Source: Desulfobacterales bacterium (GTDB lineage: Bacteria; Desulfobacterota; Desulfobacteria; Desulfobacterales; UBA5852). Taken from it: DNA of 64,000 nt. Positions 1-10,201 of the stretch are shown piece after piece. The DNA lies in assembly GCA_963674755.2 (NCBI GenBank), contig CAXXVS010000002.1, positions 2,304,001 to 2,368,000 on the forward strand, written 5' to 3'. The translations under genes were made by a program, and so were the position numbers. Each line of letters opens with the position of its first letter. Within the stretch, counting starts at the first letter, position 1. The notes beneath the pieces are model-generated. The model worked only from the letters and a program-made list of their open reading frames with translations. It searched no databases and was not told the DNA's origin.

Positions 1-20
1 AGGAGTGGGGCTCCGAATGA

Positions 21-92
21 ATTGTCCCGCCGCGAAGCAGCGGCGTATCGATAAAGGCAATGCAACGCCACAAGCGGCGGGGAATTAACCAC
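21..92. repeat. REP/IS200-IS605-derived double-hairpin element
   Basis: CCCGCCGC..GCGGCG and CGCCACAAGCGGCGGGGAATT hairpins in an intergenic stretch. Confidence 0.35.
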
Positions 93-228
93 CCCTTGTC
101 CGCCTTTGGCGGATTAAAAAAACCGTAAAGCGAACGGCCATCGCCGTCCGTCGGCGACCGTTCCCCGGGAAGCCCTGCGGGGTAGGGAAACGTACAGGAC
201 AACCACCAACCAGATAAGGGGTTGAAAC

Positions 229-1467
229 ATGGACTCGTCTGTCGATGGGGAGAAACATCCGGCATCCGTTGAAGGGCCGGCGGGACAGATGCGGGACCAC
301 CGGAAGTCGCATCCGACACAGGTGCTGATCGATCTGGACAACCTTGCGCACAATATGCGCCTATTGGAGCGTCTGGCCGGTGGCCGCCCTCTGTGGCCGG
401 CCATCAAAGCCAATGCTTACGGCCACGGCGCACTCATCATCGGCCGCCACCTGGCAAGTTTAGGGTATGGCACCCTTTGTGTGGCCCACAGTTCGGAGGC
501 GGTGCACCTGTTGGCGCACGGCCTGCAAGCCCGATTTATCGTTCTGTCCCCCGGCCTGCCGGAAAACATGGCCGAAATCGTGGCCTATGGCCTGGAGCCC
601 TTTGTCTGCGATCTAGCGCAGGTTGCCGCGCTATCCGTGGCGGCCCGGCGCACCAACCGGATCATCGATGTCCACCTGAAAGTGGACACCGGCATGGGCC
701 GGGTCGGCATCCCGCCCGGAGCGGTGGCCTCTTTCCTGGCCGCCTGCGAAGCACACCCTCTGGTTCGCGTAAAGGGTATCGCCAGCCACTTTCCAAAGGC
801 GGACGAGACCGACAAGGCGTTTTCCCGTCACCAGATCGACCTCTTTCAAACCGTACGCGATGCCGCCGGTGCCTTTGCCGTCCCCTATTTCCATATGGCC
901 AACAGCGCCGGCATTTTCGACCTGCCGGAAGCGCATTTCAACGCTGTTCGCCCCGGCATTGCCATTTACGGCCTCAAACCCTCGGCGGACATCGTCAATG
1001 AGCAGGTCAACGAACTCAAGCCCGTATTGACCCTCAAGACCCGCATCACCTTTCTCAAGGACGTTGCCGCGGGTACCGGTCTTAGCTATGGCCACCGCTA
1101 TGTGGCCCCCGGCCGCTCCCATATCGCCACGATTCCCCTGGGATACGGCGACGGCCTGAGCCGGGGTCTTTCGAACCGGCTCGAGGTCCTGATCCAGGGA
1201 CAGCGCTGCCACCAGGTCGGGCGCATCTGCATGGATCAATGCCTCGTGGACGCCACCCCGCTCAGGGGCCAGGTCGCCCCTGGGGATGAGGTTGTGGTCA
1301 TCGGAAACCAGGGGAACGAAACCATCCGCGCGGACGAACTGGCCGCCAAAATCGATACCATTAACTATGAAATTGTCACGCAGTTGGCCGATCGCCTGCC
1401 CCGCATCGCCGTCACGGCACTTCCACACCGGCCGGCGTCAGGCCCACCCGGTTCTCTTCCGTCTTGA
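229..1467 (+). CDS. alr: Alanine racemase (start could be 289)
   Basis: IKANAYGHG PLP-lysine motif, HLKVDTGMGRVG, GYGDG, GRICMDQ, TINYE. Confidence 0.95.
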   Translation: MDSSVDGEKHPASVEGPAGQMRDHRKSHPTQVLIDLDNLAHNMRLLERLAGGRPLWPAIKANAYGHGALIIGRHLASLGYGTLCVAHSSEAVHLLAHGLQARFIVLSPGLPENMAEIVAYGLEPFVCDLAQVAALSVAARRTNRIIDVHLKVDTGMGRVGIPPGAVASFLAACEAHPLVRVKGIASHFPKADETDKAFSRHQIDLFQTVRDAAGAFAVPYFHMANSAGIFDLPEAHFNAVRPGIAIYGLKPSADIVNEQVNELKPVLTLKTRITFLKDVAAGTGLSYGHRYVAPGRSHIATIPLGYGDGLSRGLSNRLEVLIQGQRCHQVGRICMDQCLVDATPLRGQVAPGDEVVVIGNQGNETIRADELAAKIDTINYEIVTQLADRLPRIAVTALPHRPASGPPGSLPS

Positions 1468-1570
1468 TCTCCTTCAATATGCCGACGATCATGGAACACC
1501 TCCTCAAAAAGAAAACGCCCGCCGCAAGGCAGCGGGCTATCTGAAAAAAGCAACGTCTTAGGAGGCCGGC

Positions 1571-1942
1571 AAGTGAGCCTCCTCCCGCTTAGCGGAAGGC
1601 CTCAGGAAGCCCCCTCGAAGGGGGCTTGAAAATAGTTTTTGCGGTTTTGGTTTTGAATTTCCCTTTGTCCCGCGCCGAGCATCCCGTCTGCGGGCGGAAA
1701 AGACGCGGCGACCTGCTTGTCCGCCGAAGGCTTGCCGCAGACGGGTTTGAGTCCGCCGTAGCTAAAGCGAAGGCGGGGCGCGCAGGGTTAAGCGGGACAC
1801 GGGCGTTTGAAGCCTGTCACGCCGGGGCGTGATTGCTTCCGTTTTCTTGCACGTGCAAGAAAATGAAGAAAACAATTGATGTAAAGCCACCCCGGATCGG
1901 TAAAACCTCTCCGGGGCCTCCACCAGAGGCGGAGGGCCCGGG
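1571..1942. repeat. Dispersed MITE-like repeat family A, copy 1
   Basis: Colinear similarity to 43586-43858 (shared GGGCGTTTGAAGCCTGTCACGCCG..GCGTGATTGCTTC..AAATGAAGAAA); imperfect terminal hairpins. Confidence 0.75.
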
Positions 1943-1955
1943 GGTTAAAATAATG

Positions 1956-4247
1956 TCAATCGTCAACCACCAATTCGATCCGTCCCTCAACAGCGCCGCC
2001 CGGCCCGTAAATACCATAAGGGATACCCGTACTTGTGGGAGCACCACCTTCATATGCCGGGAAAGCCCTATTCAGGTAACTCAAAAGAGCCATCCATTCC
2101 TTTAGTTCCTCTACCTCCTCTGTAGCAGGATTCCTATCGATCCTGAAAGGCAAGTAATCTATAATCGGTTCTCCACTCTCGTCTTTGGGAATTATCGAAA
2201 GACCAGAAGGGCCAATAAAATCATTTACCACATACAACAACTGGAAAGCATAAAGGTCGACGACCGCATGATATAATCTGGTTGTATCCGGATCTACCGG
2301 AGTTGTCGGCCCCAAACAGAATAGGTCATCGGGGGCATAAAGGCTTACGCTCTGTACACCCTGCAGATAAGGTGCAGCTGGGTTGTATTCGATTTTGGCG
2401 CCCGAGAAATTCAGGTAATAGCTCGATCCGAATTGCTGGGAAACCGTGAGACCGACTTCCGCAATGATATAAAGCTCCTGTGCCGTAAAATAGGCGTGCA
2501 TCAACGGATAACCGGGAACGGGCTGAGTCGTGTCGGGAGAAATCCCCAACGGCAGACAATTGTAGACATCTGAAAATGTGACGATCCCTGTATTGCCCTC
2601 AAAAATTTCATCCCGGATAACACCGGTCGGCACGATCCCCACGTCGACCGGGGTCCGGTCCAATCCTCCGTTGGCGGCCAGTTCGTTCGCAACGTTCCGG
2701 ACGGAATCCGCGCAAAGACTGCCAAGACCGCTCACGCCGGTTGCCTGGTAAGCCCCCATATCCAGATCAAAGTCGGTTCTTGAAACAGGATCGGCCAGTC
2801 GGGGCATCCCCGCGTCAGAAAGTGATGCATTGATCCCGGCATTGTACTTATCGACCATGAGCTGTATGTCCGGATCGCCAGGGACCGTATCGTCTACAGG
2901 CACAAGGTGAAAATCAAACCCGACAATACGCCCGAGCTTTTTACTATAGGTAAAATCAAGATGGCTTACCCATTCCCCGTATTCTCCCGGGGAAAAGATG
3001 ATCGTACTGGAGCCGCCTTTTACGTAAGCGTCATGTGTTGCGGTATGCGCATGGCCGGATGCAATGATATCGATCCCGCTAACATGTTCGGCAAGTTCGA
3101 TATCTTCACCCGCGCCTCTTGAATTGACGCCCGTGTGGGATAATGCAACCACAACGTCGACCCCGTCATGGTTCCTAAGATCATCAACGCCTGCCTGGAT
3201 AAACGCATAGTCATGATTAAATGTGATGGGTTTGGCCACAGGAGCATCCTCATCGGCATTTTCCCCCATCAAGCCCAGGAGGCCCACCTTGACCCCATTT
3301 TCAAGTTCAATGACTTTTTTGGTAACGATGGTGCCGGTTGTCATGAGATATTCGATCCCATCATCGCCGGTCCCGATTACATCATCCGGTATGGTATTAC
3401 TGGCCACGATCGGTATGTCGAAATCATCTTCCAGCCCTGCACTCAGAAGCATATAAAGACCGGCCGGTGTCCAGTCGAATTCATGGTTGCCCAGGGTTAT
3501 GGCATCATATTCCATGAGCGAGAAAAATTTTAATGCGATGGGATCACTGGCGGTCAGATCATACGTGGTCCCCATAAAGTAATCCCCTGAATCCACCAGT
3601 AGTGTTGGGATGCAAGCCTTGGCCTGTTGATGCCGGATGTCTTCTATGACGGTTGCTATCCGCGCAAACCCGCCGGTAACATCGTCATCTCCCAGGCTAT
3701 CCGGGGAATAATCGATAAAGGGCCCATACCCGCTCGCATGATGGTGTACATCGGATGTTTGAAGAAGCGTGGATGTTACCCCTTTGGCCCTTACCGCTAC
3801 GGTATCGGAACCAACGAATTCAGCGCCATTGACAGATCCGCTTACGGTCAATTCTTCTAATCCGGTAAACATGCGGGATTGCAATTCCCGCCGGTTGAAT
3901 CTGACCTTCAGGTCCGGCTTGCCATCCTTGTCATGGTCGCCGATTTTGGTTTTGGATTCAGCCGATATATCGTATCCATTTACGCTTAAAACGACACTCC
4001 CCACGTCGATTTGCCGGACATTGTATGGACATCTCTTCGGAAATTCGATGTAGACCGTGGTCCATTTCCCCTTGCTTTGAAGATTAAATGTATTTGGATT
4101 TACATCAATGACGGCATCGAGGATGGCATCAGGGGGAGGCGGGTCGGCAGCAAGAGCTGACGAGGGAAGTACCACTAGCATTACAGCGGCCCATAAGAGC
4201 AACATCTTTATCCGGCCAGAACCCACTTCTACGCACTTCCCTGTCAT
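1956..4247 (-). CDS. Secreted bifunctional metallophosphatase/5'-nucleotidase (UshA-like) with an extra N-terminal domain
   Basis: Signal peptide; motifs SDVH, DSGD, GNHEFD, SHTG, GHAH; C-terminal nucleotidase domain; GGAGG RBS before ATG 4247. Confidence 0.9.
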   Translation of the reverse strand: MTGKCVEVGSGRIKMLLLWAAVMLVVLPSSALAADPPPPDAILDAVIDVNPNTFNLQSKGKWTTVYIEFPKRCPYNVRQIDVGSVVLSVNGYDISAESKTKIGDHDKDGKPDLKVRFNRRELQSRMFTGLEELTVSGSVNGAEFVGSDTVAVRAKGVTSTLLQTSDVHHHASGYGPFIDYSPDSLGDDDVTGGFARIATVIEDIRHQQAKACIPTLLVDSGDYFMGTTYDLTASDPIALKFFSLMEYDAITLGNHEFDWTPAGLYMLLSAGLEDDFDIPIVASNTIPDDVIGTGDDGIEYLMTTGTIVTKKVIELENGVKVGLLGLMGENADEDAPVAKPITFNHDYAFIQAGVDDLRNHDGVDVVVALSHTGVNSRGAGEDIELAEHVSGIDIIASGHAHTATHDAYVKGGSSTIIFSPGEYGEWVSHLDFTYSKKLGRIVGFDFHLVPVDDTVPGDPDIQLMVDKYNAGINASLSDAGMPRLADPVSRTDFDLDMGAYQATGVSGLGSLCADSVRNVANELAANGGLDRTPVDVGIVPTGVIRDEIFEGNTGIVTFSDVYNCLPLGISPDTTQPVPGYPLMHAYFTAQELYIIAEVGLTVSQQFGSSYYLNFSGAKIEYNPAAPYLQGVQSVSLYAPDDLFCLGPTTPVDPDTTRLYHAVVDLYAFQLLYVVNDFIGPSGLSIIPKDESGEPIIDYLPFRIDRNPATEEVEELKEWMALLSYLNRAFPAYEGGAPTSTGIPYGIYGPGGAVEGRIELVVDD

Positions 4248-4289
4248 GGCAAATCCTCCCCCTTTAAGTTGTGATGGCACTCAATGCAT

Positions 4290-4352
4290 ATAAAAAAGCC
4301 GAACTACACCGTCGGTGACCTTGACGATGTCACCCCTCGGCAGCCCGGCTAT
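4290..4352 (-). terminator. Riboswitch expression platform (intrinsic terminator)
   Basis: AGCCGGGCTGC pairs with GTAGTTCGGCT, followed by a T run on the minus strand; overlaps the aptamer 3' strand. Confidence 0.65.
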
Positions 4353-4438
4353 CTTGCCTACCTGTGCGTCAAGTACCCGCGTCGGTCGAAGACCCGTGGT
4401 TTTCCGTCCGCACCTCACGGTGGGGTTGGCTTTGCGAA
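4336..4438 (-). promoter_or_regulatory. c-di-GMP-I (GEMM-I) riboswitch aptamer
   Basis: GCCAAC-CCCACC GTGA GGTGCG-GACGGAAAACCACGGGTCTT...AAGATAGCCGGGCTGCCGA fits the GEMM-I consensus; in the 5' leader of the nucleotidase. Confidence 0.85.
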
Positions 4439-4605
4439 TTGTAAATGTATTGTGCGTGTGTCATAGGCATTAGTAATGGAGGGGGAAACGTGTCAAGCAA
4501 ACAATAGGCCTTGGTTGCCGGTAAGGATTGGCTATCTTGCAGAAACCGTCCCTGATCGGCGCATGGGTCACTCCCGCGAGACCTTAGAAGGCGGGGGATT
4601 CGTTA

Positions 4606-5720
4606 TTAACCCGGCAATAATAGTTACCAATTATGCTGCGTAAGCAATCTTAGGATGTTTAAAGTATTTTGCAACGCGCCTTGGCAATTTTTGTAGCATG
4701 CGAAGGTGGCTTAGCGCCTTGCTCTTTAATTGGGATTTTGACCTGGCTGGCGCACCGGAATGAACCCCGGCCTTCAAATCACAGTTCAAATATTCATCTG
4801 GATTCAATTCGGGCGAATACGAGGGCAAAAAGAACAGTTCGATTTTGTCTTTATGCTGATCGATCCAGTCTTTGACAATATGACTATGATGAACTCGCAG
4901 ATTGTCCAAAATCAAAAATACCTTTTTGTCGGCATCTTTTATCAATCGTTTGCAAAATTTGATAAAGGTCTGCGAGTTCATTGTCTGATTGTAGATCATG
5001 AAACGGACTTTACCCTGATTGGTAATCGAAGAGATCAGGTTGACCCTTTCCTTTTTTGCATTGAGCCGTATGGCAGGCGTTTTTCCTCTTGGCGCATAGC
5101 TTCTGCCATGCTGACTGTCGCTGCAAAGCCCGGTCTCATCCCCCCAATTGATCTCAGCGTCTTCTTTCTTGGCCCTGACTGCAATGGCGGGATACTCTTC
5201 GTCAAGCCATTTTTGAACCAATTTTGGGTTCTGTTCATAGGCTCTGCGCAAAGGCTTTTGGGGGGTAAAGCCCCAGCGGTTGAGGTACTCACCTACGGTG
5301 CGAATCGGCATATTGATGGAAAAAAGCTGCGTGATCAACTGCTGGACAGCCCGACGGGTCCAAAGGGCAAATGGGAACTTGAGTTGATCAGGGGTTTTAT
5401 CGGTAATTACCTTTTTCAGCTGCTTTTCCTGCTCTGGATCAAGCGTTCGGCAACTACCGGTTTTGCGCCCCCGTTTCTTTGCCTTAATCGCATTTTGACC
5501 GCCTTTTTCGTAGGCTTTAAATATCTTGCACGCATTAGTGTAGTGAATGCCAACAACCTCACCGATCTCTTTGTAAGTTTTGCCAGCTTTGCGAAGCCTT
5601 ACAACTTGTCGGCGCAGTTGCTCTTGAACCTCTGGTTTAAGCTTTCTGGTGTCTGTTGTTTCCATGCGAAGTACTATACCATACTTCGCAGTATTTTGGT
5701 ATGAATAATCGCCGGGTTAA
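4606..5720 (-). mobile_element. IS630-family insertion sequence
   Basis: TIRs TTAACCCGGC.AT / AT.GCCGGGTTAA; TA duplication at 4604-4605 and 5721-5722. Confidence 0.93.
4631..5665 (-). CDS. IS630 transposase
   Basis: HTH N-terminus; WGDET, LDNLRVH, PSYSPELNPDE DDE motifs. Confidence 0.95.
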   Translation of the reverse strand: METTDTRKLKPEVQEQLRRQVVRLRKAGKTYKEIGEVVGIHYTNACKIFKAYEKGGQNAIKAKKRGRKTGSCRTLDPEQEKQLKKVITDKTPDQLKFPFALWTRRAVQQLITQLFSINMPIRTVGEYLNRWGFTPQKPLRRAYEQNPKLVQKWLDEEYPAIAVRAKKEDAEINWGDETGLCSDSQHGRSYAPRGKTPAIRLNAKKERVNLISSITNQGKVRFMIYNQTMNSQTFIKFCKRLIKDADKKVFLILDNLRVHHSHIVKDWIDQHKDKIELFFLPSYSPELNPDEYLNCDLKAGVHSGAPARSKSQLKSKALSHLRMLQKLPRRVAKYFKHPKIAYAA

Positions 5721-5987
5721 TAACATCAAATCATCTCGATCTATGCCTCGTGGGCCTCATCAGCCTAACCTCAGGAAAATCTTGACAAATTAAAATGCCT
5801 TTGAGTATCTACAAATCGGGTCTACATTCTCGTCATAGCTTTCGGTTCTTGCTCCTCCTCGCTGGCGATGACCGAAGTTTCCCCTGAGCTCACCGCCATC
5901 CATTATCCTCCGCAGCGCCTCCCAAGCGCCATCTGCTGTTCATTCATCTGAAATGATCATCGACGAATTCAAGGAAGGGGGAATAAG

Positions 5988-6926
5988 ATGAAAAAAGCCA
6001 TAGGGTATGGATTAATAGGTGTAGCAGTCGTTGCGGTCATCTTGGCTGGATTTTACTATCTGTTTCCTGAAACTGTGTTCAAGCTGGCACTGAACACGCA
6101 ACGACGCGCTGCCGATTTAATCAAAAAGGAAATTCAGGTCGATGGCCAAAAAGTAGTCTACCTGGAAGGCGGAAAGGGAGAAACCGTCTTACTCCTTCAT
6201 GGGTTTGGAAGCAACAAGGACACCTGGACGGCCTTTGCCAAATACTTGCGGGGGTATCATTTGGTGATCCCCGACATTGCCGGTTTTGGGGAAAGTTCAC
6301 AGGTATCAACGCATCGCTACGATATTGACAGCCAAGTGGGGCGCATCGAGCGATTTGTGGAAGTACTCGCTCTCGATAAATTCCATATGGCGGGAAATTC
6401 ATTAGGGGGCGCTTATGCCGCAGCCTACGGGGCTAAACATCCCGAGAAGGTGTTGACGATGGCTTTAATAGACACGGCCGGAGCGCCATCACAGAATAAG
6501 AGCGAGTTCGCCATGCAGCTGGAAAAAGGCAATAATCCCTTCCAGATTAACAGCATCGAAGATTATAACAGGCTAATGGATTTGGTTTTCACAAAGCGGC
6601 CCTCAATGCCTGCGCCTTTCAGAAAAATTTTAGCAGCCGATTGGATCGCCCACACAGAGTTCAACATGAAAATATGGAATGACATGCAATCAGTCGAATT
6701 TTCCAAATTTTCCATAGGCCCCGCCCTGTCACATATTCAGGCGCCGGTCCTGATCATATGGGGGGATCAAGACAAAATAACCGATATTGGCGGGGTTGCC
6801 TTCATAGAAAAGAATTTAAAAAATTACGAAACCGTTATTCTTAAAGACACGGGCCATTGTCCCATATTTGAAAAGCCTGAAGAAACAGCGAAAATATTTC
6901 GAAATTTCTTGGAGAAAAAAATTTAA
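5988..6926 (+). CDS. Alpha/beta hydrolase (lipase/esterase)
   Basis: HGFG, GNSLGG nucleophile elbow, WGDQD, GH; N-terminal TM segment. Confidence 0.9.
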   Translation: MKKAIGYGLIGVAVVAVILAGFYYLFPETVFKLALNTQRRAADLIKKEIQVDGQKVVYLEGGKGETVLLLHGFGSNKDTWTAFAKYLRGYHLVIPDIAGFGESSQVSTHRYDIDSQVGRIERFVEVLALDKFHMAGNSLGGAYAAAYGAKHPEKVLTMALIDTAGAPSQNKSEFAMQLEKGNNPFQINSIEDYNRLMDLVFTKRPSMPAPFRKILAADWIAHTEFNMKIWNDMQSVEFSKFSIGPALSHIQAPVLIIWGDQDKITDIGGVAFIEKNLKNYETVILKDTGHCPIFEKPEETAKIFRNFLEKKI

Positions 6927-7065
6927 ATATACCGGGTAGTGAGTTTTAGTATCGCCAAATCGTCCGCAAAACTCACGGAATTGGGCCAGCTGATATTTAA
7001 CTTGAACCAAAGCTGAAAATCATTGCCATCCCAGCCGCATCGCAAGCACTTGCCGGAAAGACCTG

Positions 7066-8265
7066 CTAGTCGATGTTGAGCATCTTCTTCCCCATGGCGA
7101 CACGCTTCTCCAAATCGGCGTCCTCCAGTTCTTCGGCCACCTGCTCCAGAACGTCGGGGATTTGGATCTCCTGGGGGCATTTCTCCAGGCATTCACCGCA
7201 CTGCACGCATTGGGAGGCATAACCGGCGGTGCCGGAAATGATGCCGCTCAAGCGAATGGCATACAAGACCTTGCCCTCCTGGGGATTGCCGAACATGTGC
7301 ATCTTGTTGTAGACCTCGAAGCAGCCGGGGATATGCACTTCCGATGGGCAGGGCAGGCAGTAGCCGCATCCGGTGCAGCCCACCTTCATCAGCGCCTTGT
7401 ACTTGCGGCCGGCTTCTTCCACCAGCGTGCGTTCTTCCGCGGTCAATGAATTGGGAAGCGCCTCGGCGGCGATGGCCAGGTTCTCTTCGATCTGGGCTTC
7501 GTCGTTCATGCCGGAGAGCACCACCGTGACCTCGGGGTGGTCCCACACCCAGCGCAGGGCCCATTCCACCGGCGTGCGTACCGTCGCCGCCTTTTGCCAG
7601 ATGGCCGCCACCTCCGGCGGCGGGGTGGGCAAGGCCAGGTTGCCGCCCCGTAGCGGTTCCATGACCACCACGCCCAGGCCCTTGGATGCGGCATAACGCA
7701 GCCCCTCGGTGCCGGCCTGGTTTTCCTCGTCCAGATAATTGTACTGGATCTGGCAGAACTCCCAGGGGTAGGCGTCCACGATCCGCTTGAAATCAGGCAA
7801 CCTGCCATGGAAGGAGAAACCGGCATTGACGATGCGGCCGTCGGCCTTGGCTTTATCCAGGAAGTCGATCACATCCAGGGCCTCGAGCTGGTCCCAGGGC
7901 TCCCCAGCCAGGGCATGCAGCAGGTAGTAGTCGATGCGGTCGGTCTGAATCTTTTCGAGCTGGGCGTCGAGGTAGGTGTCCATGTCCGCCCGGCTTTTGA
8001 TCATCCAGGAGGGCAGCTTGGTGGCGATCCGGACCTTGTCGCGATAGCCGCCAGCCAGGGCCCGCCCCATAACGGCTTCGCTCTCCCCGGCGTGATAGGG
8101 CCAGGCCGTATCCAGGTAGTTGACCCCCTGGTCGATAGCGCTGCGGATCTGCTGAATCGTCCGCGGTTCATCGATCTTGCCATCCTTGGTCACGGGCAGC
8201 CGCATCAACCCGAACCCCAATATAGATAGTTCGTCCCCGGTTTTCGGTATTTTGCGATACAGCAT
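7066..8265 (-). CDS. Aldo/keto reductase with C-terminal 4Fe-4S dicluster
   Basis: GFGLMRLP, DTAWPY, MEPLRGG, CTGCGYCLPC and CVQCGECLEKC. Confidence 0.92.
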   Translation of the reverse strand: MLYRKIPKTGDELSILGFGLMRLPVTKDGKIDEPRTIQQIRSAIDQGVNYLDTAWPYHAGESEAVMGRALAGGYRDKVRIATKLPSWMIKSRADMDTYLDAQLEKIQTDRIDYYLLHALAGEPWDQLEALDVIDFLDKAKADGRIVNAGFSFHGRLPDFKRIVDAYPWEFCQIQYNYLDEENQAGTEGLRYAASKGLGVVVMEPLRGGNLALPTPPPEVAAIWQKAATVRTPVEWALRWVWDHPEVTVVLSGMNDEAQIEENLAIAAEALPNSLTAEERTLVEEAGRKYKALMKVGCTGCGYCLPCPSEVHIPGCFEVYNKMHMFGNPQEGKVLYAIRLSGIISGTAGYASQCVQCGECLEKCPQEIQIPDVLEQVAEELEDADLEKRVAMGKKMLNID

Positions 8266-8794
8266 AATGTCCTCCAGTCATATTGGGCCGGTGTGCCAAT
8301 CGGTTTTGGGACGCCGGCAAGTTTCTTTAATCTGCGTGATCTCCAGCTTTCCCGAAAGCAACTTGCGACAGCATAAACTGTTTCTGGTCGTATAGGCAAG
8401 ACAGCCGGCATAGCCCGGCAACTACCGATAGATTCACGGACATCTCAAGTGCAACGTCCCTTACCCGACCCACGCGGATTCCCAGTTTGCCGAACGAATC
8501 CTCGAATGCGACGGCAGGGTTGGTATCCTTGGTCGTGCATTATTTCCTTCCACCGCTCCCGGGTTGCCACGACCGGCGCGTTGTGGTACGTGATCGGCAT
8601 CTATCCTATTGATTCAATGTAGCAATTTTGCAATTGAAGTTAGCGAGCAACGGACATTATCACGGCCACCGGGGCGTTCTATGCTTATTCCTTTTGGGCC
8701 CTGCATGCAAATGCACATCTGATGAACTTTTAGGTATGCTCCATGGCGCGATGAACCAAAGATGATCTTAGGGAAGCCCATATCCGCAACATAT

Positions 8795-8847
8795 AAATCA
8801 AAGAAGATGGAACCTACGGCAGAATATTGTCTAAAGACTTTCAATGA
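8795..8847 (+). pseudogene. Remnant 3' end of a substrate-binding protein paralogue
   Basis: IKEDGTYGRILSKDFQ* versus IKADGTYDRILSKYVQ* at the end of 10202-10948. Confidence 0.6.
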
Positions 8848-8965
8848 AAATCTGAACCGGATTTACCGACATTAAGGTAAAACGCCCTACGCCTGGTTTC
8901 CACTTGTTTACCACCGTGAAAAAATCCTGAATCGGAAAAATTTTCCGTCAACGCCGGTTTCAATC

Positions 8966-9100
8966 ATGGACATTATCCAAGCCAAAGCGCCACATGAGAT
9001 CGATGAAATCCGAAGACTTTTTCGGGAATACGAAACCTACCTTGAGATTCATCTCCACACCATTGCTGAAATGTACGCTGCCAGGTATGTTTGGCATTAA
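8966..9100 (+). pseudogene. GNAT acetyltransferase N-terminal fragment
   Basis: MDIIQAKAPHEIDEIRRLFREYETYL; same ~35 nt leader as the fragment at ~11017. Confidence 0.55.
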
Positions 9101-9222
9101 AATGATCGAGAACGGATTCGAGGTGATTTTCTGATACAGCGGAGTTTGAATCACCCTAAAGTTCGGACACATTACATATGCGCAACGCAAAATCGGACAA
9201 GTTGTTCAACAGAAAAAAACAG

Positions 9223-10125
9223 ATGAGCGGGATACTTCACATCACAAGCGGCGACATCGCCGGCGAAAGTTTGGCCAAGTCCGAGCTTCCGGGAGAAGTC
9301 TTCGTCTGGCATGACATCCTCTATGACGGACCCCGGCAGCCCGGTTGGCCGGATGAAAAGACGCTCCGTGCCCGTGCGCTGTTTCTGGAGGCGTTCACCG
9401 CCGGCGGTTTGGACAGGGACCGCATTCTGCAAACGTTGCATACCCAGTATCAAAGGCTGGCGGAAGCAGGATCTTATGAACAGATCGTTCTGTGGTTCGA
9501 TGCCTGTCTCTTTGACCAGTCCATGCTGGCCCATATCCTCACCTGCCTATCCCACCAAGGGATCCTGAAGGCGGAGCTTCTGTGCGTCGACGCCTTCCCC
9601 GGCATCCAGCCCTTCCACGGACTGGGGCAACTGCAGCCGCAACAACTGGCATCCCTCTATCCCAACCGGCGTTCCGTCACAGACGCGCAGTTCCGGTTGG
9701 CCGCTGTCGCGGACGAGGCCTTCGCAACCCAGGATCTTGCGTTGCTTACCGAACTGTCGGAAATGACCGGACCGCCTTTACCCTGGGTTCCGGCGGCAGC
9801 AACGCGCTGGCTGCAGGAGCAGCCCGACCCGGCCACTGGACTAGGACGGCTCGAAAAACTGGCCCTCGACGCGATTCGGGCCGGCTGCCAAACACCGGGC
9901 AGGATTTTTGCCTCGGTGGCGGCCGCTGATACCCCGCCCCAATTCTGGGGAGACACAACCCTGTGGGCCAAGATCAACGGACTTGCGGACCGTATCCCGC
10001 CGCTGGTGAAGATCGAAGGACCTGCGCCCAGGTTGCCGCAATGGGAGCGTCCCGTGTCGCTCAAAGCCTTCAGAATAAAAGCTTGCCCGGATCGGCCGTT
10101 AGACACGGCAATTGAAAAGCGCTAA
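9223..10125 (+). CDS. DUF1835-like protein
   Basis: LHITSGD, W.D.L.DGP, VLWFDACLFDQ pattern. Confidence 0.75.
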   Translation: MSGILHITSGDIAGESLAKSELPGEVFVWHDILYDGPRQPGWPDEKTLRARALFLEAFTAGGLDRDRILQTLHTQYQRLAEAGSYEQIVLWFDACLFDQSMLAHILTCLSHQGILKAELLCVDAFPGIQPFHGLGQLQPQQLASLYPNRRSVTDAQFRLAAVADEAFATQDLALLTELSEMTGPPLPWVPAAATRWLQEQPDPATGLGRLEKLALDAIRAGCQTPGRIFASVAAADTPPQFWGDTTLWAKINGLADRIPPLVKIEGPAPRLPQWERPVSLKAFRIKACPDRPLDTAIEKR

Positions 10126-10201
10126 GGATAAACCGGATTTTTCATTGCGGTAAGTAAAAATGTGCTCGATTTATCGCTGAACCAAATCAAACGAGGTCGT
10201 C

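Noticed and set aside
4336..4438. cGAMP-sensing GEMM-Ib riboswitch
   Set aside because: By-eye alignment puts G, not A, at the specificity position.
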